Shown one piece after another: positions 1 to 7,576 of a DNA stretch of 12,980 nucleotides (its first letter is position 1; the number at the start of each line of letters is the position of its first letter). Both the position numbers and the translations under genes were made by a program. Location: positions 1-12,980 of the forward strand of contig JBBTED010000017.1 of the NCBI GenBank assembly GCA_038042445.1, written 5' to 3'. The DNA is from Candidatus Firestoneibacteriota bacterium (GTDB taxonomy: Bacteria > Oederibacteriota > D2-FULL-39-29 > JBBTED01). Below the pieces are notes generated by a model. The model saw only the letters and a list, made by a program, of their open reading frames with translations. It searched no databases and was not told where the DNA came from.

Positions 1-1015
1 CTTCTTCAAATGCAGTTTGAACATGAACTTGCACAATTGCTCCCTGACTCATATTTTCCATAATTGCTAATTTAGTATGCTCTATTGTTCTTTGCGCATA
101 ATCATAATCTACATTTTTTGAAACAAATTGAGTGTTTAAAATAGGTTTCTTGCTTTCTGCCTTAAGCATCAAATTAGACAACCCTCTCTCTCTTAGTGAA
201 ATACCATTATCATAATAACCCCATTGGCCCTCCATAGCTATTACATCAACATATTTACTTAATGTTTTTATATTAGCATCTTTCATGCCCTCATATAGTG
301 TATAAGGTGCTCCTGTTATAATGGTATTTGGAGATACTTCATCTACAACCTTTCGTATTTTTCTATAGAAATCTGCAATTGTTTCCTGATGAAATTGTTT
401 AAGTTGCCCATCTGCTGATTCAGTCGGAATTTCTCTTTCATACTTACCTTTAAATTTTTCCTTGCAATAGGGACAATAACAAAATCCCGCTCCAAAATAT
501 ATACCTTCTACATATATACCGTCTACTTTATATTTTGAAAGCACTTCTTTTATGCACTCTGGATAGTAATCCCCAAAAGGTGAATTAGGACACAAAATTG
601 AAACATTAAAAAATTTGCTTGGCTTGCCTTCTTTGTTTAACTGTGACCAATGCGGATATTCATCACTAAGATAGGTTCTTGGCTGACCATAGAAACTTGC
701 TATAAATCTTAAACCTCGTTTGTGTGCTTCTTTTTCTATCATCCCTATTAAATCATAATCTCCTATATGTTTATCTTTAGGTGCAGATTTACCATCATAA
801 AGAATATACCCTCCATTATCTATACAATATGCAATTGTATTTGCATTAACTTTTTCCACACTATCAAGCATTTTATTTACATATTTTGGAACATCTAAAT
901 CTATTTTAGGATTCAACCATTCCATATGAATCCTTGCTGATTTATACCACAGGACTTTGTTAAGTTTTAGTCCTATTTTTTCTTTAGCTTCTTTATTTTC
1001 AATGCTTTTGCTCAT
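1..1015 (-). CDS. Putative glycoside hydrolase, GHL6 / GH42-like TIM barrel (3' end beyond window; missed by ORF track)
   Basis: Manual translation from ATG at 1015 is open to the window edge (MSKSIENKEAKEKIGLKLNKVLWYKSARIHMEW...). It contains GGYILYDGK..DLIGMIEKEAHKRGLRFIA, YPHWSQLNKEG, LCPNSPFGDY, KYKVDGIYVEG and the CYCPYCKEKF Zn motif. RBS-like GAGGA upstream. Confidence 0.8.
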   Translation of the reverse strand, partial: MSKSIENKEAKEKIGLKLNKVLWYKSARIHMEWLNPKIDLDVPKYVNKMLDSVEKVNANTIAYCIDNGGYILYDGKSAPKDKHIGDYDLIGMIEKEAHKRGLRFIASFYGQPRTYLSDEYPHWSQLNKEGKPSKFFNVSILCPNSPFGDYYPECIKEVLSKYKVDGIYVEGIYFGAGFCYCPYCKEKFKGKYEREIPTESADGQLKQFHQETIADFYRKIRKVVDEVSPNTIITGAPYTLYEGMKDANIKTLSKYVDVIAMEGQWGYYDNGISLRERGLSNLMLKAESKKPILNTQFVSKNVDYDYAQRTIEHTKLAIMENMSQGAIVQVHVQTAFEE

Positions 1016-1160
1016 AAAACCCCATCCTCGTAGGCTTTCCATTTAAAAAACCTACAACTCTTACCTCAATTTCTGCTATAATCCTCCCAAAATAGTGAGA
1101 TGAATATTTCGCTCTATCCATTCTCACTATTTTTATGCAGGTATTCTCTTTATGTTCCAA

Positions 1161-1189
1161 ATCATAACTTCTCACCCTATCCCTGTCAA
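1161..1189 (-). promoter_or_regulatory. Sigma70-type promoter for the glycoside hydrolase gene
   Basis: Minus strand TTGACA (1189-1184), 17 nt spacer, TATGAT (1166-1161). Confidence 0.75.
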
Positions 1190-1333
1190 GAGTTTTCTCA
1201 ATAGATGCAGCAAAAAATCTTCTAAAGAACGTCAAGTTTAAAATACAGTTTGCAAAATAAGATCATTCCTCTTTAAGTGCAGCAATCTGTCCTCCATAAA
1301 ATTTGTAGGTTTTGTAGTTTTATTTTAATGACA

Positions 1334-1390
1334 CTGGATTCCAGTTATTTGTCAGGCAAGATGCCTGGCCTATTGCATACGGGAATGACA
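1334..1390. repeat. GTCATTCC-type REP palindrome with a GTAG-type REP nested in its loop
   Basis: Outer arms ctggattccagt / acgggaatgaca; inner gtcaggcaagatgcctggcctat (minus strand ATAGGCCAGGCATCTTGCCTGAC). Confidence 0.55.
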
Positions 1391-1446
1391 TAAAATATCC
1401 CCTACCCATCTTTTCCAAAGATGTGAACAGAATAAAAGGGGGTTTA

Positions 1447-2469
1447 CTATTGTTCAATATCTAATACTACTTTGCCTGTGTTTCCTTTTTCAAATATATC
1501 AAGTGCTTCAGCAGTTTTCTCTAAAGGAAAATGGTGTGTAATTACCAAATGTGCTTTATCTTTTACTTTGCGAATCAATGCAATAATTGCATCAAATTCA
1601 TCTGGTTTAAAAGCAAGAGTCCCCATAAAAGTTAGTTTTTTTAGTATCATTTCCTCAGATACAAAATATGCTTTTTTAGTTCCTGTTCCTAAAAACCCCA
1701 GACGTCCACCTTTTCCTAATAATCTTATTGCCTGTTCTATTACACTGGAAACTCCTGTGCATTCAATTGCAGCATTTAATCCATAATTATCAGTTAATTT
1801 TAGAACTTCTTTATCTACATCGCATTCATTTGGATTAAGAACTACATCTGCTCCTATCTGTTTGGCAAGTTCAATACGATATTTTGATATATCAATTCCA
1901 ATAACTTTTGCTCCTATTGCCTTGCAAACAAGTGCAGCACCCAAGCCAACAGGTCCTAAACCCATAATTCCAACATATTCATCTTTTTTCACACCAACAC
2001 GATTAATACTATGGCTGGTAGTTCCAAATACATCCATAATTAAACATCCAATATCATAATCTATATCATCCGGTAAAGGCAAACACAAATCAGAATTTAC
2101 TATGATTTTTTCAGCATACCCACCATTTCTTGTAAATCCAAGAACATATTTACCGGGATTATATCCAATACAATAAGCCGGCTCTCCTATTTTACAAAAA
2201 TGGCAATTTTCACATCCACGTGTTGGATAAATAAACACTCTCTGCCCTATTTTTAATTTAGTACTATTTCCATTATCTGTAATTACTCCACATAATTCAT
2301 GGCCTGGAATAACACTATGCTCTTTTTCCCCCTTAAATAATTGATGTAAATCAGAACCACATATAGCTGCACGCTTAAGTGCAACAACAACTTCCCCGTT
2401 TTTTATATGAGGAAGTGTAATATCCCGAATTTCTAATTTTTTATTTCCCAAAAACCAAATTGCTTTCAT
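1447..2469 (-). CDS. Zn-dependent medium-chain (sugar alcohol/threonine DH-like) dehydrogenase
   Basis: ICGSD and GHE catalytic Zn motifs, CENCHFC..C structural Zn site, GLGPVG Rossmann motif with Asp (VIGID, NAD-type); RBS GGAGG. Confidence 0.92.
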   Translation of the reverse strand: MKAIWFLGNKKLEIRDITLPHIKNGEVVVALKRAAICGSDLHQLFKGEKEHSVIPGHELCGVITDNGNSTKLKIGQRVFIYPTRGCENCHFCKIGEPAYCIGYNPGKYVLGFTRNGGYAEKIIVNSDLCLPLPDDIDYDIGCLIMDVFGTTSHSINRVGVKKDEYVGIMGLGPVGLGAALVCKAIGAKVIGIDISKYRIELAKQIGADVVLNPNECDVDKEVLKLTDNYGLNAAIECTGVSSVIEQAIRLLGKGGRLGFLGTGTKKAYFVSEEMILKKLTFMGTLAFKPDEFDAIIALIRKVKDKAHLVITHHFPLEKTAEALDIFEKGNTGKVVLDIEQ

Positions 2470-2498
2470 TTATGTATTTCCTCCAGTTTTTGTAACAG

Positions 2499-2650
2499 AT
2501 TAGCCATTTTAAGTAAAATTTTAGTTGTAGTTGCTGATTTATCAGCGTTTTTAAAACAATTATCTATGTTTTAAAGATGAACCAATAAATTGACTACTAC
2601 AATTATGCCGATAAATCGGCAACTACATATTGCGTTTTAGAATGGCTAAT
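2499..2650. mobile_element. MITE-like element with 14-bp terminal inverted repeats enclosing three GTAG-type REPs
   Basis: ATTAGCCATTTTAA (2499-2512) / TTAGAATGGCTAAT (2637-2650), 13/14 match. Inside: gtagttgctgatttatcagcg (2527-2547), degenerate accaataaattgactactac (2581-2600), gccgataaatcggcaactac (2607-2626). Confidence 0.65.
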
Positions 2651-3430
2651 TTATTGCCTCATAACTGAATTTAAATAATCTATTGATTCTTTTATTGTAT
2701 GTCTATTTTTTGCTTTTTCCCCAAGATCATATTGGAGGCAATATGGTCCTTTATAACCTATTTCATCTAATCCTTTTTTCAATGCTTTGAAATCAAATTT
2801 TGTTTTGCCTTGCCCTGGTGCAGACCTGTCATCTTCTGCTAAATGCACAGCAGATACATAAGGTCCAAGTTGGACACCTGCTTCATACGCATCTGCTTTG
2901 TCATGAGCTAAATGGAAAGTATCACATATAGCACGCACACGTTTATCAAAAGTTAAAATATAATTCAATGTATCTTTCCAGTTATCAAAACAACTTTCTT
3001 TTTCAAATTCAAATGCAACTGAAATTCCTAAAGATTCAGCTTTATCTAAAACTTCTTTAAGCACATTAGACGTTGCTACCCTGCCTTCTTCTAAAGTTAC
3101 TGGCTTTGGAGGTGCATTCCATATAGCTGCATATTTACCGCCAAAATATTTTGAACATTTGCAGGACTGGACAAGATAATTAACTGCCACTTCGTTATAA
3201 TATGGATAAGATATCGGAAAAGCTCCAGGCACAAAAACACCAGATACTTTTAATTCACGTGCATCTAATTCTTTTTTTAGTTTTACCCATTCGTCTTTAT
3301 CCAAATTGTCAAATAAATGCCAGCCCTGAAAAAGTTCTATTCCAACACATCCATTTTCTTTGATAAAATCAAGTATTTCCAAAATATTTACTTTTTCACA
3401 TCCACAATACGGCGCAAAATAAAATTCCAT
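2651..3430 (-). CDS. Sugar phosphate isomerase/epimerase (AP_endonuc_2, xylose-isomerase-like TIM barrel)
   Basis: GCVGIEL, VAFEFE, CDTFH, VHLAEDDRSAPGQG and GYKGPYCLQ motifs. Start revised from 3508 to ATG 3430 (MEFYFAP), which has a strong AAGGAGG RBS. Confidence 0.88.
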   Translation of the reverse strand: MEFYFAPYCGCEKVNILEILDFIKENGCVGIELFQGWHLFDNLDKDEWVKLKKELDARELKVSGVFVPGAFPISYPYYNEVAVNYLVQSCKCSKYFGGKYAAIWNAPPKPVTLEEGRVATSNVLKEVLDKAESLGISVAFEFEKESCFDNWKDTLNYILTFDKRVRAICDTFHLAHDKADAYEAGVQLGPYVSAVHLAEDDRSAPGQGKTKFDFKALKKGLDEIGYKGPYCLQYDLGEKAKNRHTIKESIDYLNSVMRQ

Positions 3431-3447
3431 TTTTATCCTCCTTTTAA

Positions 3448-3477
3448 CCCCCTCTATCTCCCCCTTATCAGGGGGAG
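3448..3477. repeat. CCCCT-led C/G palindromic repeat (REP-like)
   Basis: ccccctctat followed by the hairpin CTCCCCCT-tatc-AGGGGGAG (3458-3477); related to 7376-7402 and 1398-1442. Confidence 0.5.
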
Positions 3478-3511
3478 TGGGAAATTTTTTTTCAAAAACC
3501 AACCGCAACCA

Positions 3512-4531
3512 CTACATATTTGGGTGAATTATGACTTTTATGGATTCACCTTTTTGGTTTTTATATACATCTACAGCTTTCATAAATTCATTCATACCAA
3601 ATTTATGGGTAATCATTGGCTCAGGATTAATTATTCCTTTGCGAATCATATCTATCGACCGTGCAAAAAGAAATGATGGAGTTGCCTGTGACCCAATTAG
3701 TGTCAAATCATTCAAAATCAATTTCATAGGATATATTTTAACATTTTCTTCATCTTCACAAAAACCAAACATTACAATTTTGCCTCCACGTGCTACATTA
3801 TTAATTGAATATTCTATTACTTCAGGTTTGCCAATTGCAGCAAAAATTACATCTGGTACTTCAGGAAGTTTAAGTTCCTTTATCCCATTTTTCGGAAGTG
3901 AAAGAATAACATCTGCTCCTAATTTTTTTGCTATTTCCATTTGTTTGGCATATTTTCCCACAACCATCACTTTAGCACCAATAGATTTAGCCACCTGTAA
4001 CTCAAGTAAACCAATTGTTCCTAAACCAATAATCAGAATTGTTTCACCCGGAATAATTTTTGCACGGCTTGTTGCATACCAACAGCAACTTATTGGCTCA
4101 ATAAAAGATGCAATATCATAAGATATATCACCAATTGGGATTACACCATTTTCCTCTATTGCACAATATTGCGCAAAACCGCCATTCACAGTAAAACCCA
4201 ATACTTGTTTGCAGTTCTCACATCTATCATTTTTGCCTATCAAACAATAATGACACTTGCCACAGGATACTGCTGGTGTTGCCACAACTCTTTGACCAAT
4301 ACTTAAACCTCTCACTGCATTCCCAACTTCTACAATCTCACCTGCAAATTCATGACCAAAAATCAATGGTTTGAACTTTTCGTCATTAAACACTCCTTTA
4401 TAAAAACCAAAATCTGACGCACAAAAACCAGCGGAATGAACCTTTAGTAAAACCTGTGTTGCACTTATTTCAGGCTTTGCTATTTCCTCAATCTTAAATC
4501 CTACTTTCGGATAAAAAACCACTGCTTTCAT
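3512..4531 (-). CDS. Zn-dependent medium-chain (polyol/sorbitol DH-like) dehydrogenase
   Basis: FCASD, GHE, CGKCHYC..C, IEP third ligand, GLGTIG; RBS AAGGAGG. Confidence 0.92.
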   Translation of the reverse strand: MKAVVFYPKVGFKIEEIAKPEISATQVLLKVHSAGFCASDFGFYKGVFNDEKFKPLIFGHEFAGEIVEVGNAVRGLSIGQRVVATPAVSCGKCHYCLIGKNDRCENCKQVLGFTVNGGFAQYCAIEENGVIPIGDISYDIASFIEPISCCWYATSRAKIIPGETILIIGLGTIGLLELQVAKSIGAKVMVVGKYAKQMEIAKKLGADVILSLPKNGIKELKLPEVPDVIFAAIGKPEVIEYSINNVARGGKIVMFGFCEDEENVKIYPMKLILNDLTLIGSQATPSFLFARSIDMIRKGIINPEPMITHKFGMNEFMKAVDVYKNQKGESIKVIIHPNM

Positions 4532-4557
4532 ATTTACCTACCTCCTTTTTTACATTA

Positions 4558-4580
4558 GCAAGGTTAAAGCCTTGCCCTAC
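4558..4580 (-). repeat. GTAG-type REP
   Basis: Minus strand GTAGGGCAAGGCTTTAACCTTGC. Confidence 0.65.
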
Positions 4581-4608
4581 AAAATTATGCACAATAAAAT
4601 CTATTGCG

Positions 4609-5607
4609 TTATATTTTAAGTTTGGGTTCCATTAAAATTTTTGAAATCGTGTGTTTATAAATTCCTGTTTTTATTTTCTCAATTAGTATTTCGCATGCTT
4701 TTTTACCCATCTCTAATTTCGGTTGTTGTATGTATGGCATTGGTTCTTTAACAATTTTCAATACATCAATATCTTCCTGAGTCTCTGTATTAAAAAAAGG
4801 TTCATCAAATGTTGCAACCTTAATATCTGCAGGTATTGCTAAATTATATTTTCTTAAAACTCTCAATAGTGGCATAATATAATCAGCACTTATAAATATG
4901 CTATCTATTTTTTTTTGCGATATAAGTTTTCCAAGAAGATATTCTTCACAATCCAACATAAATAAATCTTTTGAAAATTCAATTTTATAATCATTGAGCG
5001 CTTTTACAAATCCATTAAATCTATCCTGCAACACTGAAACGCCTACATGTCCAACATAGCAAATTTTCGTTGCACCTGCTCTAATAAGCTCTTTTGTTCC
5101 AATATAAGCCCCTTTAAGATTATCGGTCACCACATAATCAGCAACCACACCTTCTATAAAAGAATCAACAAAAACAAGTGGCACTTCATTATTTATTTTT
5201 TTTAGTAATTCAATATTGCTACCCTTAAAAGATGATATTAATATTCCATCTACCCCTCTATTTAGCATTGAAGCTAAATACATTTTTTCTTTATCTGTAT
5301 TAAATGCTGAACAACCAACCAACACAACATAATTTTCTTCATTTGCTGTCATTTCTATACCACGTATTATTTCATTGTAAAAAGATGTCATTACATTTGG
5401 AATTAAAAGCCCAATTGTTTCTGTTTTTTTAAGTCTTAATCCACGGGCAACTGCATTAGGCGTATAACCTAATTTTTTCGCTACTTCTTTAACTCGCCTC
5501 CTTGTTTCAGGATTGAGCTTTATTTTATAATTATCATTAAGTATATGAGATGCTATAGAAGTAGAGATTTGTGCCTTTTTCGCCACATCCTTTAATCTAA
5601 CAGTCAT
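4609..5607 (-). CDS. LacI-family transcriptional repressor
   Basis: N-terminal HTH (LKDVAKKAQISTSIASHILN), YTPNAVARGL hinge, periplasmic-binding-like effector domain. Confidence 0.95.
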   Translation of the reverse strand: MTVRLKDVAKKAQISTSIASHILNDNYKIKLNPETRRRVKEVAKKLGYTPNAVARGLRLKKTETIGLLIPNVMTSFYNEIIRGIEMTANEENYVVLVGCSAFNTDKEKMYLASMLNRGVDGILISSFKGSNIELLKKINNEVPLVFVDSFIEGVVADYVVTDNLKGAYIGTKELIRAGATKICYVGHVGVSVLQDRFNGFVKALNDYKIEFSKDLFMLDCEEYLLGKLISQKKIDSIFISADYIMPLLRVLRKYNLAIPADIKVATFDEPFFNTETQEDIDVLKIVKEPMPYIQQPKLEMGKKACEILIEKIKTGIYKHTISKILMEPKLKI

Positions 5608-5613
5608 AAGTAT

Positions 5614-5642
5614 ATTATGTATGATAAAATCGTTTTTGTCAA
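5614..5642 (-). promoter_or_regulatory. Sigma70 promoter of the lacI-family operon (leaderless) with overlapping LacI-type operator
   Basis: TTGACA (5642-5637), 17 nt, CATAAT (5619-5614), 6 nt, ATG. The palindrome TGATAAAAT-CG-TTTTTGTCA (5622-5641) has the central CG typical of LacI operators. Confidence 0.75.
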
Positions 5643-5661
5643 GGGTTTTTTAACATTTGGC

Positions 5662-5690
5662 TTGCAATTATAGCTTTAAATGTTTAAAAT
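5662..5690 (+). promoter_or_regulatory. Sigma70 promoter of the DUF3786 gene (leaderless)
   Basis: TTGCAA (5662-5667), 17 nt, TAAAAT (5685-5690), 6 nt, ATG 5697. Confidence 0.6.
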
Positions 5691-5696
5691 GTAGGT

Positions 5697-6299
5697 ATGG
5701 CTGATTCACTTTTATATTATTGGAATATTCTAAAAAAACTTGAACCTGAAGATGTCCAAAACAGGTGTTTGGTTAAATATGTAAGTGAATCCAATATTTA
5801 TGAACTGAATTTTTTGAATGAAAAATATCTGTTTAATATGCAGGAAAATAAAATTTTGCGTTTTCCTGACAACTCCGAGATTAAAGATTTTGAATTGATT
5901 TTAATAATTCTTTACTATCTTATTAACGCAAAAGAAGTTGAAATTTCAGATGAGCTTGTAACTTCTTTAAATTTAAAAGGTGGAGATTTATTTTTTACAG
6001 GTTCTCATGAATTGCCTACATACAAACTTGTTGAAATTTTCAAAGACAAACCAGAATTTTTTTTGAAATCTGGTGTTAAACTTGGTGGCAAACAAATCAA
6101 AATTGGAGATGCAGGCTTTCAAGTTTTTGCATTTCCAAGAATACCGATGGCTTATGCATTATGGTTAGGAGATGATGAAATAGACGCAAATATATCAATA
6201 CTATTTGATAAAACTATAGACACACATTTCCCTCTTGATATAATCCTTGGATTAACAAACATAGTAACTAAAAAAATTTGTGATAATATTAGTCCTTGA
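5697..6299 (+). CDS. DUF3786 domain-containing protein
   Basis: 200 aa with ILYYL, LKGGDLFF.GSH, GDAGFQVFAFPRIPM...LWLGDDEIDANISILFD, a pattern I recognise as DUF3786. Confidence 0.8.
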   Translation: MADSLLYYWNILKKLEPEDVQNRCLVKYVSESNIYELNFLNEKYLFNMQENKILRFPDNSEIKDFELILIILYYLINAKEVEISDELVTSLNLKGGDLFFTGSHELPTYKLVEIFKDKPEFFLKSGVKLGGKQIKIGDAGFQVFAFPRIPMAYALWLGDDEIDANISILFDKTIDTHFPLDIILGLTNIVTKKICDNISP

Positions 6300-6349
6300 T
6301 TTTTAGAAGAAACATATAGATAATTAAGGTAATAAGTTAATAATTATAT

Positions 6350-6400
6350 GTAGGGGCGAGTTTACTCGCCCAATAAACGGGCAGGTAAACCTGCCCCTAC
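6350..6400. repeat. 51-bp REPIN (inverted GTAG REP doublet), copy 1
   Basis: GTAGGGGCGAGTTTACTCGCCC-aataaac-GGGCAGGTAAACCTGCCCCTAC; 50/51 identical to 12308-12358. Confidence 0.85.
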
Positions 6401-6421
6401 TAGAAATAATTAGATATAGAT

Positions 6422-7366
6422 ATGGAAAATATTGAAATAATTGGAAAAAGCCCGGCAATAAAGAAAATAATAAATCTTGCGCATAAAGTAGCTCCTACAG
6501 ATAGTACTATTTTAATAACAGGAGAAACAGGCACTGGCAAAGAACTTATTGCAAGAACAATACATAAATTAAGCAAACGTTCTAATGAATCATTTATTGC
6601 ACTAAATTGTGGGGCAATCTCAGAAAGTTTACTTGAAACTGAATTATTCGGCCACAAAAAGGGAAGTTTCACAGGCGCCATAAATGATAGAAAAGGATTA
6701 TTTGAAGAAGCAAACAATGGCACAATATTTCTTGATTAAGTAGCAGAAATGTCCCAATCGCTTCAGGTGAAATTGCTTCGTGTTTTAGAAAATGGTGAAA
6801 TAAAACGAATTGGAGATAATGAAACAAACAATGTAAATGTACGAATAATTGCTGCAACAAATAAGGATTTATGGCAAGAAGTTCAAAAAGAAAAATTTAG
6901 AGAAGATTTATTTTTTCGCTTGAGTATAATTCATTTGCATATTCCACCTTTAAAAGATAGAAAGGAAGATATTAATCCTTTAATAAGACACATACTTGAT
7001 AAAGCTAATATTAAAAACAATAAAAATATAATAAGCTTTAGCGATGAAGCGCTTGCAATTCTTCATAATTATACTTATCCTGGAAATATTCGCGAATTAG
7101 AAAATATTATATATAGGGCTGTTATACTTACAGAAAAAGATGTAATAACAAAAGATGACTTGCCACATAATATTTATTCTAAAGTTCCAAAACTTATGCC
7201 TCCTGATGATTTAAAGGATTTCGCTACACTTGAAGATTTAGAAAAACGAATGATTGAATATACACTTACAAAATGTGAAAGTAATCAGATAGAAACTGCA
7301 AAAAAACTTGGTATATCTCGCACAAGTTTATGGCGTAAAATACGAAAATATGGAATTGTTTCATAA
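6422..7366 (+). pseudogene. Sigma54-dependent Fis-family activator (bEBP) without N-terminal sensor; in-frame TAA at 6737-6739 (true nonsense or sequence error)
   Basis: ORFs 6422-6739 and 6749-7366 share a frame: Walker [69 protein letters not shown]-terminal HTH (NQIETAKKLGISRTSLWRK). Confidence 0.85.
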
Positions 7367-7375
7367 AATAATTCT

Positions 7376-7433
7376 CCCTTAATCCCCCTTTATTAAAGGG
7401 GGCAATGCATCATCTTTCTAATTGCAAGATGAT
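7376..7433. terminator. Palindromic repeat / possible terminator between convergent genes
   Basis: CCCCCTTTA-t-TAAAGGGGG (7384-7402) and ATCATCTT..AAGATGAT (7409-7433). Confidence 0.45.
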
Positions 7434-7576
7434 CCATTTACTTTTTTAATTTGCACTAAAACAATCTTTAAAAAAAGAAGGGAGATTTATGGGTTATGGT
7501 AAATTTTAAAACAATTTTCTACATTTGCATTAAGTGTAGCCATAATTTTAATTACGGACGCCCATGCACCTCCATC

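Noticed and set aside
999..1235. 78-aa minus-strand ORF
   Set aside because: TTG start, no recognisable motif, and it spans the glycosidase promoter and leader and overlaps that gene's start.
3431..3508. N-terminal extension of the isomerase in the ORF track
   Set aside because: It translates a palindromic repeat; a strong RBS precedes ATG 3430.
1472..4121. Plus-strand ORFs 1472-1786, 1862-2059, 3317-3676 and 3531-4121
   Set aside because: Antisense shadows of well-supported minus-strand genes.
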